This document shows, piece after piece, positions 21,401-31,492 of a stretch of 64,000 nt of DNA. Source of the DNA: an uncultured virus (IMG/VR IMGVR_UViG_3300031707_000002). Its lineage: Duplodnaviria > Heunggongvirae > Uroviricota > Caudoviricetes. The stretch's first letter is position 1, and each line of letters begins with the position of its first letter. The notes under the pieces were generated by a model. The model was not told where the DNA came from. It was given only the letters and a program-made list of their open reading frames with translations, and searched no databases. Both the position numbers and the translations under genes were made by a program. The DNA lies in IMG/VR virus record IMGVR_UViG_3300031707_000002, one strand, 5' to 3'.

Positions 21401-22815
21401 ACTGTATCAAAGATCGAAACATTTCCAAGATTCTCTTGAACTGATAGCTGCTCAAAAGTGGTAACTGTATCAAAGATCGAAACATTTCCAAGATTCTCTT
21501 GAACTGATAGCTGCTCAAAAGTGGTAACTGTATCAAAGATCGAAACATTTCCAAGATTCTCTTGAACTGATAGCTGCTCAAAAGTGGTAACACCATCGAA
21601 TACTACTATTGAAGTTGGAGGTATATCTACATCTGTATTCTCCAAAACATGTACTAACTCATAAACAACAACAGTGATATTTTCAGATTCTTCAACCACA
21701 TCAAAGACAGAAACAGTATCAACTACAGATATGTAAATAACAGGATTAGAGACACTTAGATTTTCAGAAACATTGACATCCTCAGATATACCTATTCTTC
21801 CTAAATCCTCACGGGCATCTATATTTTCAAAAACAGACACAGCCTCAGATACCGAAACACCCCCAAGACTCTCAAACAAAGTCAACAATTCCGACACAGC
21901 TATAGAATCAGAAACAGAGATACTCCCAAGATTAAGAACAGAAACACTAACAGCATCAAATACAGAAACAGAGTCATTTATGCTTATAGAACCAAGATCC
22001 TCCTGCACACTCAAAACATCAAAAACAGATACCGAGTCAGATACACCTATACTTCCAAGATTAAGAACACTTAAACTCACTACATCAGAAACAGTAATAG
22101 TATCACTTACACTAACTGCCCCAAGGTCTTCCTTTACAGACAATACCTCAGAAACACTTACTGTCTCAGAGACAGAGACAGAAGGCAATGGAGAACTAAC
22201 ACTAAGAAGCTCAGAAGAAGTTACCGTATCAGAAACTAAGATATTACCAAGAGTTTCTTGCCCGATCAACAATTCAGATGTGGTAACTATGTCAGAGACA
22301 GAAATACTACCAAGAACCTCTTGGACTGTTACCAATTCAGAAGAAGTTACCGTATCTGAAATTGAAATTAAACCAAGACTCTCCTGAACTATCAACTGCT
22401 CAAAGGCAGCCACAGTATCAAAAATCGAAATATTACCAAGAGTTTCTTGTACTGATACTAACTCAGAAACAGTAACTGCGTCTGAAACAGAAATATTTCC
22501 AAGATTCTCTTGAATTGTCACCAATTCAGACGTAGTAACTGTGTCAGAAACAGACAAAAGAATTGGATTAAGACTAATAGACAGTGTTTCGTTAGTAGCA
22601 ATAGCATCAGATATGCTTATTGCACCAAGGTCTTCTCTTACCGTCAATAATTCTGAAGTTGAAACAGTGTCAGAAACTGACACCAAAAGGGGAATTGAAA
22701 CAGACAAAGACTCTGTTAGGGAAACAGAGTCAGAAATAGAAACACGTCTTGAAGGACGTAAACCAACAAAGGGTACGCCAAGTACCGTTACTTTTGTAAC
22801 GGCAGTAGAACCCAT
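18484..22815 (-). CDS. 1443-aa acidic repeat protein (~20-21-aa period), probable fibre or surface protein
   Basis: Repeat of type 'LGxISVxDxVxVxExLxVxE' over almost the whole length; rich in V/S/D/E, poor in K/R. Confidence 0.8.
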   Translation of the reverse strand: MGSTAVTKVTVLGVPFVGLRPSRRVSISDSVSLTESLSVSIPLLVSVSDTVSTSELLTVREDLGAISISDAIATNETLSISLNPILLSVSDTVTTSELVTIQENLGNISVSDAVTVSELVSVQETLGNISIFDTVAAFEQLIVQESLGLISISDTVTSSELVTVQEVLGSISVSDIVTTSELLIGQETLGNILVSDTVTSSELLSVSSPLPSVSVSETVSVSEVLSVKEDLGAVSVSDTITVSDVVSLSVLNLGSIGVSDSVSVFDVLSVQEDLGSISINDSVSVFDAVSVSVLNLGSISVSDSIAVSELLTLFESLGGVSVSEAVSVFENIDAREDLGRIGISEDVNVSENLSVSNPVIYISVVDTVSVFDVVEESENITVVVYELVHVLENTDVDIPPTSIVVFDGVTTFEQLSVQENLGNVSIFDTVTTFEQLSVQENLGNVSIFDTVTTFEQLSVQENLGNVSIFDTVTTFEQLTVQENLGFVSVFDQVLVSEVLSVVENLGDVAASDSVFVNEFVLGKENLGVSVTDSVFVGDALSVVESLGVISVNDSIAAEEFLSLVENLGDVSVSDGVHLAESLYGIESTEGIFVFDDITIYEELSVREDLGNISIFDLVDLFELLEVKENLGDVSVFDLVYSSELVVVGVLDLGDIFVYDDLSVDESLVAEEELGYVSIFDSVYVSEVLDLAENLGDVSVFDNVLVYEFSDVVEGLGYISVSDDISVMELLEANEDLGYVEILDSVFVGEFLDVEENLGDISIFEILNTDEYADVIEDLGEISVFDFVYVSEFVSVQEHLGFVDIFDVVLVEEFLNLTESLGDIFVYDGVFVGEQITNIENLGKINISDSVFVDEFSDVREDLGSVLVFDEIHHSEILFLEEELGLVSVFDGILVTEMTSVAVGGIVIDNVGVGDVSFVIIEIPPVIIQDTISVVDAVDVYVSVNIYVSDSVSLIDNAVCSNPFIYMSVFDVIFFYEYIQHELPLVGISTSDYMAVSESLFVDSPLHGISVFDAVHVIDFISAKILLSLGVVFDDVSLMEFVDAKSLLPGVAVVDFVGVFDQIYVDNLIPGVSVFDIVHVSDLLTVNPIVLPANSADSITVQESVFSNLPLYGVSVFDVVSVHEYVNVDAPLQSVFVFDIIHVSEVVSIKNPLSGAYVIDDVSVIEFVGMQLPLPSVFVFDFVYVSEVVSAKNPLSGVSVFDAVHIGELLLTRCVLPSVFVTDDVYLSEFVEAEILLGKVSVRDSVLVRDYISVSNPLPTVFSYEDISVNDYCNSRIRLPAIFVSDIVTITDQDNVEVPLAGVVYERVSVFELLTSLMTTGDISVFDDISTQDNLFVSLSINTSVFEIISLSDSSDVYLTFNVSVFDDVLVQEFVKGFGPVLNPFAEDSIFVDEFSRAEVRKEAFCFSGTIDSLSFDGADVDKTEWKSSVDAVSIFGEVHDICT
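21395..21591 (-). repeat. About three exact 63-bp tandem copies (FEQLSVQENLGNVSIFDTVTT)
   Basis: Identical nucleotide units inside the 1443-aa gene. Confidence 0.9.
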
Positions 22816-25800
22816 TTACACTACCTCAAAAGCATCAGTATTAGCAGGAGCACCTGTGAATGCGTCGCAAGTAAAATGGCCTCTACCTCCTGTAAGACTA
22901 TAAGCAGTAATAGCCTTTGCCTGACCTGAGAGATTACCGCTCCTCCAAACTATTGTTCTATCTTTCCAATAATTTGCAGTTGCATTTGTCAAACTCGAAG
23001 TCTCAAACTCAGTAGAAGTAGGTGAAAATCCGGCTGTGTCAACTGTACCTGCTTGCATAGTTGCTGCTGATTCAGATAACCTACTTGCGGCAGTAGCACT
23101 TCCTGCTATTTGATCCGTATTAGCAGTGACACGAGCCGTCACTGAACCAACTGCCTGAGACACATTGTATCTCGCGGTCTGTGTGAGTGTTCCTGCAAAT
23201 CCACCCCCTACATTGTCAATATAATCCATACACCCTCTGAGCTTAATTGACCCTCCGGTACAATTTGAATCAACAATAACTCTACAATTACCCTCAACAA
23301 TGGTATAATTACCAGTAGCCATAGAGTTAAGATTTACTCCACCATGCCAATCCCTGAATCCAATCCTTGCTGAAGCAGCATAGACAAATACAGGATTTGT
23401 GTCTGTAGGATCGCCATCACTGCAATCCAAAGGCCAATAAGTTGCAGAAGCAATCATGGTAAAGGTTCCGGTAAAGCTACACCGGAAGAACCATGCACTA
23501 TCCATCGTACATGTGCCTACCAATGAGTCATAAATGTTGGCTCCTGTTCCAGAACTTACTCCTGTGATACTCGAAGACCCGTAAATTGCAATATTGGAAA
23601 TACTCTGTCCATTCAAGTCAATAGTATAGTTATCCCCTTTTATAGTGTAATTAGCAGAAGAAGCTGTCAGTTGAATAGCTGACCCATTTGCTATTCTAAA
23701 GTTCTTGATATTTAATGCAGCAGCAAGGGTTAAGGCACTAGACCAGAGATTAGTAGGTTTATCTACTGTACCATGCACATAAGATGTAGAACCTGCGATA
23801 CCATTAACAGTATCTACCCAAATACATCCGTCTTGGTATCCTGCTGCAAGCTGTGAGTAAGGTGTGGCACACTTCAAGTCAAATCCAGTAGAGCCTTTTG
23901 TAAGAAGCATACCATTTCCAGCACCGGCACCAGTGGCATTTATACCGTGACCGGCAGTGCCTCCTGTAGCAGTAAGCCCATCCCCTGAAGTTGACGTACC
24001 AGATATACCAGATCCAGATGTTGCGCCGCCTACACAAGATACTCCGATACCAGTTGCTCCACCTGTAGATAAGATACCGGCACCAGAGCCATTACCAGCA
24101 AGTGACATCCCCACACCATTACCACCACCGGCAGATACGGTTATTCCATTGCCTGAAGTTGTACTTACATACAATCCTGCTCCAGAAGTTGAACCACCTG
24201 AAATAAGCATACCGTAAGTAGCATTTGTAGCACCTCCAACTGCCGCTATTCCTGCTGTGGATGCTGTAGTTCCAGAAGTACCTACTATCCCATGCCCACC
24301 AGTACCAACACCAGTTGCTGAAATTCCTGCTCCCGCTGTACCGGCTGTAAAGGTTGCAGCAGATCCAGAAGTTGCAGATACAACAAGTCCCGTACCTGAA
24401 GTAGATCCACCTGCTATAGTCATTCCATTAGTCGCGTTTGTAGCACCACCAATTGCATAAATTCCAGCGGTTGATGCTGTGGTTCCAGAAATTGCATAAA
24501 TTCCATGCCCACCGGCACCAACTCCTGTACAAGATAGACCTGCACCAGATGTAGCACCAGCAGTAATTTTCATCCCTCCACCAGTAGTACCACCGATGCT
24601 ATACACCCCCGAACCTGCTACGTTACCTACAGTGTAGATACCATGAGCGCCAGAGGCACCTCCACTGCATATCAATCCGGCTGTTGTTGATGAATTACCA
24701 CCAGTAGCCGCTATACCACCTCCGGCAGTATTCCCAAGTGCATATATTCCGTTTGCTAAAGCTGCTCCACCAGCCGCATAAATACCTCCAGTTATAGCAC
24801 TGTTTCCACCAACTGCCTTTATTCCGTTACCTGCACCATTACCAGTACAGATAAGCCCCTGCCCACCTGTCCCTCCTAATGCAGCTATACCACCAGAGGC
24901 TACGTTGGCACCTCCAGTAGCACTAACACCATGACCAGTACCAGTACCAAGGGCAAGGATAGCACTTGAGTTAGTTGCTGATGTAGATGCACTAATTCCC
25001 GAAGCTCCATCTGTCGCACCACCAACCGCAGATATACCATGACCCGCTGTATTTCCAAGTGCATAAATTCCACAAGCTAGTGTAGTACCTCCAGTACATT
25101 TTAGACCTGCTGTGGTTGCTGAATTTCCTCCTGTTGCAATAATCCCATTACCTGCGGCTGCTCCTGTAGCTGACAACCCATGACCGGCAGTACCACCTGT
25201 CAAAGTCATTCCATTACCAGAAGTTGACGTTGCTTTTATACCATCACCTGAAGTCCCTCCACCAATTGCGAGAATACCGTTTCCGGTTGTTGCTGATCCT
25301 ACTGCATAAATACCATTATAAGAAGTACCTACTCCTGTTACACTAATCCCATGACCTGAAGTAGCTCCAGCAGATATAGTCTCTCCATTGCCTGTAGCTC
25401 CTCCCGTTATCTTAAATCCTGCTCCTGTACCGTTTCCGGTAGCATTCAATCCATTACCATTCGATCCAGATGATGTAAGTACAAGTGCATCCCCACCCGA
25501 ATTACTTATAGTCATCTGTTTAAGGGTAGCCGATCCCGCAGCACCGTCCGCAAGTAGATTACACTGTACCTCAAAATCTGCTTGAGCTAAATTTGTAGCC
25601 CCAGATACTGATATGAGAAGTGAGTTTGTTGAAGCAAATCGAGCATCTGCAATATGAATCTCATACACACCTTTATGATTGGTTGCATCTACTTCTTTGA
25701 ATCTGCATTTGGTAGCAGTTGGAGCAGCATAAGTTCCAAGAGTTGCAATTGTTTCTATTGTAGATCCTGCTTGCGTATAGGTTGTGGCAGACGCTTCAGC

Positions 25801-25941
25801 TATCTGAATTGTACTAATTATTAGTCCGGCTGAGGAACTTGACAATCCCGTAAGACCTGCACCTGTAGATACTGAAGAGTCCATTAACTTGACTCTTAAT
25901 ACTACACTCGTAGGTGATACACCATAACAGAGCTTTGCCAT
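22816..25941 (-). CDS. Gly/Ala/Thr-rich repeat virion protein (fibre/adhesin-like)
   Basis: About 550 aa of 'GxGIxAxGG'-type repeats followed by a beta-helix-like region. Confidence 0.75.
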   Translation of the reverse strand: MAKLCYGVSPTSVVLRVKLMDSSVSTGAGLTGLSSSSAGLIISTIQIAEASATTYTQAGSTIETIATLGTYAAPTATKCRFKEVDATNHKGVYEIHIADARFASTNSLLISVSGATNLAQADFEVQCNLLADGAAGSATLKQMTISNSGGDALVLTSSGSNGNGLNATGNGTGAGFKITGGATGNGETISAGATSGHGISVTGVGTSYNGIYAVGSATTGNGILAIGGGTSGDGIKATSTSGNGMTLTGGTAGHGLSATGAAAGNGIIATGGNSATTAGLKCTGGTTLACGIYALGNTAGHGISAVGGATDGASGISASTSATNSSAILALGTGTGHGVSATGGANVASGGIAALGGTGGQGLICTGNGAGNGIKAVGGNSAITGGIYAAGGAALANGIYALGNTAGGGIAATGGNSSTTAGLICSGGASGAHGIYTVGNVAGSGVYSIGGTTGGGMKITAGATSGAGLSCTGVGAGGHGIYAISGTTASTAGIYAIGGATNATNGMTIAGGSTSGTGLVVSATSGSAATFTAGTAGAGISATGVGTGGHGIVGTSGTTASTAGIAAVGGATNATYGMLISGGSTSGAGLYVSTTSGNGITVSAGGGNGVGMSLAGNGSGAGILSTGGATGIGVSCVGGATSGSGISGTSTSGDGLTATGGTAGHGINATGAGAGNGMLLTKGSTGFDLKCATPYSQLAAGYQDGCIWVDTVNGIAGSTSYVHGTVDKPTNLWSSALTLAAALNIKNFRIANGSAIQLTASSANYTIKGDNYTIDLNGQSISNIAIYGSSSITGVSSGTGANIYDSLVGTCTMDSAWFFRCSFTGTFTMIASATYWPLDCSDGDPTDTNPVFVYAASARIGFRDWHGGVNLNSMATGNYTIVEGNCRVIVDSNCTGGSIKLRGCMDYIDNVGGGFAGTLTQTARYNVSQAVGSVTARVTANTDQIAGSATAASRLSESAATMQAGTVDTAGFSPTSTEFETSSLTNATANYWKDRTIVWRSGNLSGQAKAITAYSLTGGRGHFTCDAFTGAPANTDAFEVV

Positions 25942-25945
25942 AAGT

Positions 25946-27064
25946 TCACCTCAATCCTGTTGTTCCTGTAGGATATGCTAATTCATTTCTCATCTGCAAT
26001 AAAGGCCATTTAGCAGAACTTGCGGGGACAGGTGTACCCACAGTAATAAAAGTGGAAGGAGAATCTTGTGAGTTGTATGATGTACTTATCCAACTAGCGG
26101 ATCTGACTACTGAGGATACCCTGTGCTCATCAATTCTTCCCGGCCAACCTGTATCAAAACCATCTACAGATTGTTTCCACGCATAACGATTCTGTGTAAT
26201 GTCCCTTGACCAAGAAGTATCCTGGGCGACATACGCCCCATTTCCGTATGATTTTATGGTAGTTGACGCATTATCATACGATACAGTTATATGTCCCCAA
26301 TTGGACGATGATGTATAAAACACCCCCGTATTAAATGAAGTAATATTGCTGTCGCCATTGACCTTGAACTGATCATCATCCCCGTTACCCCAGAGAACAA
26401 AATCACAGCTATATCCGGCAGTGCCACCACCCACAAGTCCACGTTGAGTATCATAGTATGTAATGCTTTGCCATACTTCAACGGTTATTGTAGAAGGATT
26501 TGCAAAGGAATTACTCGCAAACCCAGAATTGTAAAAATATGTTGTAGTATTCTGACATTTACCTATTTTGCCATCTTCTTCAGTTGACCCCGTTCCAAAC
26601 TCAGTTCCTGTATGTCCATTGCCTGTTGCATCGGTTAATGTCGTTGTACCGTCCCCATGCCATACCAGCATGAAACTATTTGACCATACGGCATTCCTTC
26701 CATATGTGTCAGTGACAGCAGGCATTGATGCTGAGGAATTATTGTACCAAACGTAGATGACAGTATCTACAGTTGAAGATACTGAAGTTACCTTAACCCA
26801 AATTTCAGCTAAACCATTGGCGGGATTATTGTCTCGTGTGAACGAGACTACTTCCACGGGGAGTTGAGTAGCGCCAGCGGAATCTGAGGAAAACCTAATA
26901 TCCCCGCCGTCTGAATTGGCAGGGTAGCTGCCATCAGCATCGAACATCTCGGAGGGAAGATTACCTACAGTAAATAAAACAGGGAAGTTAGATTGATCTG
27001 CACTTACTTTAGTGTGATCAATTGTTAATGAACATCTGCGGTTCCATCCTGAAGGGAAAGCCAT
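25946..27064 (-). CDS. DUF2341-like plus LamG domain virion protein
   Basis: 'TIDHTKVSADQSNFPVL', 'DGGDIRFS', 'EIWVKV', 'IYVWYNN', 'GRIDEHRVS..VRSASWI'. Confidence 0.8.
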   Translation of the reverse strand: MAFPSGWNRRCSLTIDHTKVSADQSNFPVLFTVGNLPSEMFDADGSYPANSDGGDIRFSSDSAGATQLPVEVVSFTRDNNPANGLAEIWVKVTSVSSTVDTVIYVWYNNSSASMPAVTDTYGRNAVWSNSFMLVWHGDGTTTLTDATGNGHTGTEFGTGSTEEDGKIGKCQNTTTYFYNSGFASNSFANPSTITVEVWQSITYYDTQRGLVGGGTAGYSCDFVLWGNGDDDQFKVNGDSNITSFNTGVFYTSSSNWGHITVSYDNASTTIKSYGNGAYVAQDTSWSRDITQNRYAWKQSVDGFDTGWPGRIDEHRVSSVVRSASWISTSYNSQDSPSTFITVGTPVPASSAKWPLLQMRNELAYPTGTTGLR

Positions 27065-27071
27065 GTCTTAC

Positions 27072-27641
27072 TCATGCTGTAAATAAAGTTGTAGCCAGCC
27101 AATCAATATTTGAATTTACAAGATTCTGCACTACAGAATCCGCTACAGCGCCTCCGGTAGATTGAATGGTAGAGTCCTGACTTATCAAAGCCATAAAGTA
27201 GCCAATATAATCATCAAGGCTATTAGCTAGGTCTGAAGCAAGTTTTGATCTTTGACTATGATATGTGGTATCTGCTGACTCATTGCGAATATCGTATGAA
27301 GCCTTCAGCATAGCCCCTTTTGTCCGATCACGCAATGGTCCTGAATTGTAAAGTTTGGAAATGTTAGATAGTGTTGAGGTTATTACTAGTGAATGATCTG
27401 CTTCAGGGGTTTCCACCGTCCGCATGTAATATGCGGCTTCATCTCCAAGTCCCTCATGATAAACATAAAAACCAACACTATTCCAGAGTCCTGTTGGCCT
27501 AGATTCATCAGAATCTTTCCCAACCTCAAAGAAACTAACCCGATACCAAGTGACTCCATCCGTTTCCACTTGCTGCACTTCAGGAGTGCGGACTACAAGA
27601 TATTTTCCAGATAGTTGAGCCAGCAGTGCAGCCTTATTCAT
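27072..27641 (-). CDS. Hypothetical protein (virion cluster)
   Basis: 189-aa ORF with an RBS-like sequence upstream. Confidence 0.65.
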   Translation of the reverse strand: MNKAALLAQLSGKYLVVRTPEVQQVETDGVTWYRVSFFEVGKDSDESRPTGLWNSVGFYVYHEGLGDEAAYYMRTVETPEADHSLVITSTLSNISKLYNSGPLRDRTKGAMLKASYDIRNESADTTYHSQRSKLASDLANSLDDYIGYFMALISQDSTIQSTGGAVADSVVQNLVNSNIDWLATTLFTA

Positions 27642-27656
27642 ACATTTTCCCTCTCA

Positions 27657-29105
27657 TTAAATTTTTGAGATAAGTTCAGCAGTCACCCAATCGCACGTAA
27701 ACACATCAGAATCTGTAGTCAAATCCACTTGTAACGTGAGAGCTTGATCTTTATTTGTAGCCAGTGATCCTCCCGACCCATAGGCGCGGTCAGCATCGTG
27801 CCATAGATACCCATCTATATTTGTACCAGCAAGATAAATATGGCCACAAAGAACTATTGGTGTATTACCCGTTGCTGCAAGTGCTACTACAGATGTACCG
27901 TTCCAGCACAACCTAAAAGTTCCGTTCGCACTACCTGTTGTCCTTCTAACACCGGCCTGTAACCTCAGTATCCTATTATCTACTAAGGTATAAGCTGGAA
28001 CAGTTATTGTTTTCAGTATTTGAAATCCAGCACCAGTTGCAGTTGAAGCTGTAGTAGAAACCGCTATCGCCTGTACAACCTCTTTGTAGTTTATTTTCCA
28101 AGTTTGCGCGCTTGCCGTAAAATCAAGAACAAATTCAAAACGATCCGTAACTCTGTGGTACAGGTTAGTATTGGTCACATCATTTATTACTGACGGTGAT
28201 AAGGACCAACACGCCTCTGTGTTCAACTTCAATCTTTTCCACCTATTGACTGAAGCACCAGATCCATAATTTTCGTCGGAGGTTCCCCAAGCATCCAATG
28301 ACCACATCAAGGAAGATAGATACCCAAAGTTAGATAGCTCTTGTCCTACAACACTAGCATTGGCTATAACTCCACCGCCTGCTACATTTATCGGATATGA
28401 ACGCCTAAGACTAACAGCCTTCGCCCCGCGAGCATACCAGTCAGTCTTAGTCTCGTATCCCCCAGAACCAGAATAAGCTGCTGTGTTTATTGCAAAACTT
28501 TCCAAAAGAATCCAATCAATTGATCTCAAATGTGAGGAAACTAATGTTGGATTATAAGTAGAGTTTGGATAGCTTACATCGTTTGCTATGCCTAACAAGT
28601 GATCGGTGTTCCAAGCGTTAGCAAATGCCAACTTTGAGTATGTCCGACTATGCACATAGTCCAACATAGTATTAAACTGCGCCCTGGTTACAGTATAGTC
28701 ATATCCTGACTCATCCATGAACACACCATCAACTTGTAGTGTATTCCACTGATCTACTTTTGTCTGAAAATTTACCAAAGTTTGGTTCGCAATGACATAA
28801 CCAAAAATCAAGCATTTTGGATTAAGAACTTTGATTCTGGGTATTATTATCTGGGTATTGACATAATCAGGATGTGTAGGGGATTGTATAGTGTCACCAA
28901 AAACAATAAGATCATACTTAGCAAAATCCTGTGCCACAGCTTCATTATACCAAGCATTTTGAGCACTATTAAAACTATTTAGATAGCCATAGTAAATCAA
29001 AAGATTCTTAGGTGAAACCTCTTGTTTTTCCAGAGTATTTACCAAGTTAGATATAGTTTGTATATCTTGACTCATCTGTCTATTTAGATACTTTTCACTT
29101 GGCAT
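27657..29105 (-). CDS. Putative TIM-barrel glycoside hydrolase (spherulin-4/GH114-like) with C-terminal structural domain
   Basis: 'LLIYYG', 'YDLIVF', 'IFGYV', 'VDGVFMDESGYDY', 'WILLES' pattern. Confidence 0.55.
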   Translation of the reverse strand: MPSEKYLNRQMSQDIQTISNLVNTLEKQEVSPKNLLIYYGYLNSFNSAQNAWYNEAVAQDFAKYDLIVFGDTIQSPTHPDYVNTQIIIPRIKVLNPKCLIFGYVIANQTLVNFQTKVDQWNTLQVDGVFMDESGYDYTVTRAQFNTMLDYVHSRTYSKLAFANAWNTDHLLGIANDVSYPNSTYNPTLVSSHLRSIDWILLESFAINTAAYSGSGGYETKTDWYARGAKAVSLRRSYPINVAGGGVIANASVVGQELSNFGYLSSLMWSLDAWGTSDENYGSGASVNRWKRLKLNTEACWSLSPSVINDVTNTNLYHRVTDRFEFVLDFTASAQTWKINYKEVVQAIAVSTTASTATGAGFQILKTITVPAYTLVDNRILRLQAGVRRTTGSANGTFRLCWNGTSVVALAATGNTPIVLCGHIYLAGTNIDGYLWHDADRAYGSGGSLATNKDQALTLQVDLTTDSDVFTCDWVTAELISKI

Positions 29106-29114
29106 AGAATTCCT

Positions 29115-29318
29115 CTACTTAACTGTTCTTCTCTTCGATTTAAGATCAGAAATATCCCACACTCTCATACAAATAACCTTTCCCCCATGATCACCTGCAT
29201 ACCAACAATCTCGAAGCTCTAAATCACAGTTCCCGTACTCTACATTATGCTTTTTCTTATGATAACATTCTGTCTTATCTGTGCATTTCTTATAATAAGA
29301 ACAACGAAACTTTGTCAT
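29115..29318 (-). CDS. Small Cys/His-rich protein
   Basis: 67 aa, CxxxxxC...CYH..H pattern, GAGG RBS. Confidence 0.55.
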   Translation of the reverse strand: MTKFRCSYYKKCTDKTECYHKKKHNVEYGNCDLELRDCWYAGDHGGKVICMRVWDISDLKSKRRTVK

Positions 29319-29321
29319 TCA

Positions 29322-30101
29322 CTATGGATACTGCCTTCCAGTTTGCCTATCAATATGTCTACAAAAGATAGAAGTATCACAAAGAAACGGATGCTCCCGT
29401 TTTGCAACTTTCTTCCACCCTGTTTTTTCAAGAACCTTGTTCTCAAGTAACTGATCAAAGAAGTAAAGATCCTGAGTCCCGGCTTTTCTAGAAAAAGACA
29501 TACTCTCGGGGTCTAAGAATACCTGCTGAGGTGTCTCAAACACCTTATGAAGCACGGTTCCATCACACGCCTTATACTCAGCCGTATGCTCCCACATCCA
29601 CTTCAAAATCGAAGTATGAATGAGCAAACAACCCATTGGAAGACCATCACACCAAACTTTATCCCCTATCTTCCAATCCGTATATGACCCATTACCCCGA
29701 CCCCTAAAAGTCAAAGGAAGTGTAGGTGAAGCCTTCAAGTAATACAAACCAGAGACTACCGGGATAGTCTCTTTCTTAGTATATTCAAAAAACCTTAAAA
29801 AAAGATCGGGCGGTATTAGTACATCATCTTCAATAGTTATCAGCCAATCAACCCCTAATTCCAAGGCTTTCTTAGTGATGCAATTGTAGGCATCAGCAAT
29901 GTTATACCCTATAGCCGTATATGCCAAATCAAACCCAGACGCTTCCCAATTCATCGGAATGATCTGGGCAAATCTGTTGTGACACCACTCGTAACGCACC
30001 CATCCTTCAGTGGGAGTAGCTATAAGAGTCCTTTTCTTCCACTTCTTCTTGCAATATGACAGAATCTCTCTTGTCCCGGTTGTCTTTTTTGTCTCTTTCA
30101 T
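29322..30101 (-). CDS. Glycosyltransferase (GT-A/GT2-like)
   Basis: 'WLITIEDDV', 'VVSGLY', 'GLPMGCLLI', 'QDLYF', 'DTSIFCRHID'. Confidence 0.75.
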   Translation of the reverse strand: MKETKKTTGTREILSYCKKKWKKRTLIATPTEGWVRYEWCHNRFAQIIPMNWEASGFDLAYTAIGYNIADAYNCITKKALELGVDWLITIEDDVLIPPDLFLRFFEYTKKETIPVVSGLYYLKASPTLPLTFRGRGNGSYTDWKIGDKVWCDGLPMGCLLIHTSILKWMWEHTAEYKACDGTVLHKVFETPQQVFLDPESMSFSRKAGTQDLYFFDQLLENKVLEKTGWKKVAKREHPFLCDTSIFCRHIDRQTGRQYP

Positions 30102-30252
30102 CCCTAGTTATCCTTCCGATAGCTAATAAAACTACCTGCTCAAGCAATGGATTCTTGCTTAAACAGGATGAACAAGTGTAAACAGAATTCACTAACACCG
30201 GACCAACATCAACACTCTTTCTACAAAACTGACATTTAATACTTGGCATATC

Positions 30253-30738
30253 CTACTCCTCAATCTTGCGAAGTGCAATCTCAAGGGTCGCGTGCTTATC
30301 CCACGAAACCTTCTCACCCTTCCAAGGCTTAGGTCTATAAATCTGATAAAGAGGTTGATCTTTTATGAAATATGTAGGTGTAGCTTCATTCCAGGGAGAA
30401 ATATGAGTTGGGTCTTGATAATACCCAAAACTTGTTGCATAAGGGGTCGCTATCATTAACAACCCGTCAGGAACAAGAACCCTCCAACACTCATTCATTA
30501 AGTCAATCTGAAGCCACGGTTTAATGTGCTCCACCAAATGACTCATCACAACAACAGCACAACTACAATCTGGCAAAGGCCACGGAAATACCTCTGCATC
30601 ATGCACTATGTCAACACCATCAACCTTACGCTTGTCCATCCCTGTGAATCCTTTTTGCTTATTGAATCCACAGCCAACATCAAGACGTAACTTCTGCTTA
30701 ACTAAGAGTTTCCTTAGTCCTGATTTTTTCGCAGACAT
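30253..30738 (-). CDS. Class I SAM-dependent methyltransferase (Methyltransf_11-like)
   Basis: 'LDVGCG', 'SHLVEH', 'ECWRVLVPDG', 'QDPTH'. Confidence 0.85.
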   Translation of the reverse strand: MSAKKSGLRKLLVKQKLRLDVGCGFNKQKGFTGMDKRKVDGVDIVHDAEVFPWPLPDCSCAVVVMSHLVEHIKPWLQIDLMNECWRVLVPDGLLMIATPYATSFGYYQDPTHISPWNEATPTYFIKDQPLYQIYRPKPWKGEKVSWDKHATLEIALRKIEE

Positions 30739-30997
30739 TGATACTTAGCCCTCCAGACGAATCAGACTGTTTAGAGACTTCTTCCTGCACAGGGTACTGC
30801 ACAGGTCCACCTGTCCCTATATTATACGCTTCATTCATCATTTCTGTAAAGACAAACGTATCTTTACTTGACAAACAAAATTTTCTTCCCCAAGGCTTAC
30901 CCTTATAGGTAAACTGCTTGATAGGAGAAAACGGACTTTCTAAAAAAGAAAATGGAGATTGCTCTCCATTCTCTCGAACATCCAAATTGTCAGCCAT
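30698..30997 (-). CDS. Hypothetical protein
   Basis: 99-aa ORF with GGAAGG RBS. Confidence 0.5.
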   Translation of the reverse strand: MADNLDVRENGEQSPFSFLESPFSPIKQFTYKGKPWGRKFCLSSKDTFVFTEMMNEAYNIGTGGPVQYPVQEEVSKQSDSSGGLSINVCEKIRTKETLS

Positions 30998-31009
30998 AAC
31001 CTTCCAATC

Positions 31010-31492
31010 TTATGAAAACCTCAACTGGTAAGTCGCACTGATAGCTTGGTTACTATTCCATGCACTTGAGTTGAACGTCTGACCACACGCCAAAGTTCCA
31101 CCAGAACTCGTGTTGAACAATCCAAGATTCTGAACACTCGGAGTACCACCGGGATTATCACCACTTGCCCATGAAGCAGTACACTGAAGCGTACCAGTCG
31201 ATACAAGAGAATTGGAAGTAGTCTTACGTGTTCCCGTCTCACCCTGCAAGGAAGTATGCGAGGCGTTAGGGGCAGTACCGGTTCCAATACCCATGTAACT
31301 GATCTGCTTACTTCCACCAAGACCACCAACCGAACCTACGATGTAATTCTGAAATCCATCATTGACAACTTGGTTCTCTTGCCAACCAGAGTCACCAACA
31401 ACCACAGTTTTTCCACCCCTAACCTCACCAATAGCAACACGGAAAAAACCATGTACCTGGATGTTAGAACTTACACTTCTCTTCTTTGCCAT
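31010..31492 (-). CDS. Putative structural protein (tail-collar-like)
   Basis: 'NQVVNDG', 'YMGIGTGTAP...TSLQGE', 'LGLFN..SGGTL' recur in phage fibre-associated proteins. Confidence 0.6.
   Translation of the reverse strand: MAKKRSVSSNIQVHGFFRVAIGEVRGGKTVVVGDSGWQENQVVNDGFQNYIVGSVGGLGGSKQISYMGIGTGTAPNASHTSLQGETGTRKTTSNSLVSTGTLQCTASWASGDNPGGTPSVQNLGLFNTSSGGTLACGQTFNSSAWNSNQAISATYQLRFS

Noticed and set aside
21395..21591. Diversity-generating retroelement template/variable repeats
   Set aside because: Copies are exact in-frame tandem repeats with no adenine-specific variation, and no reverse transcriptase was seen.
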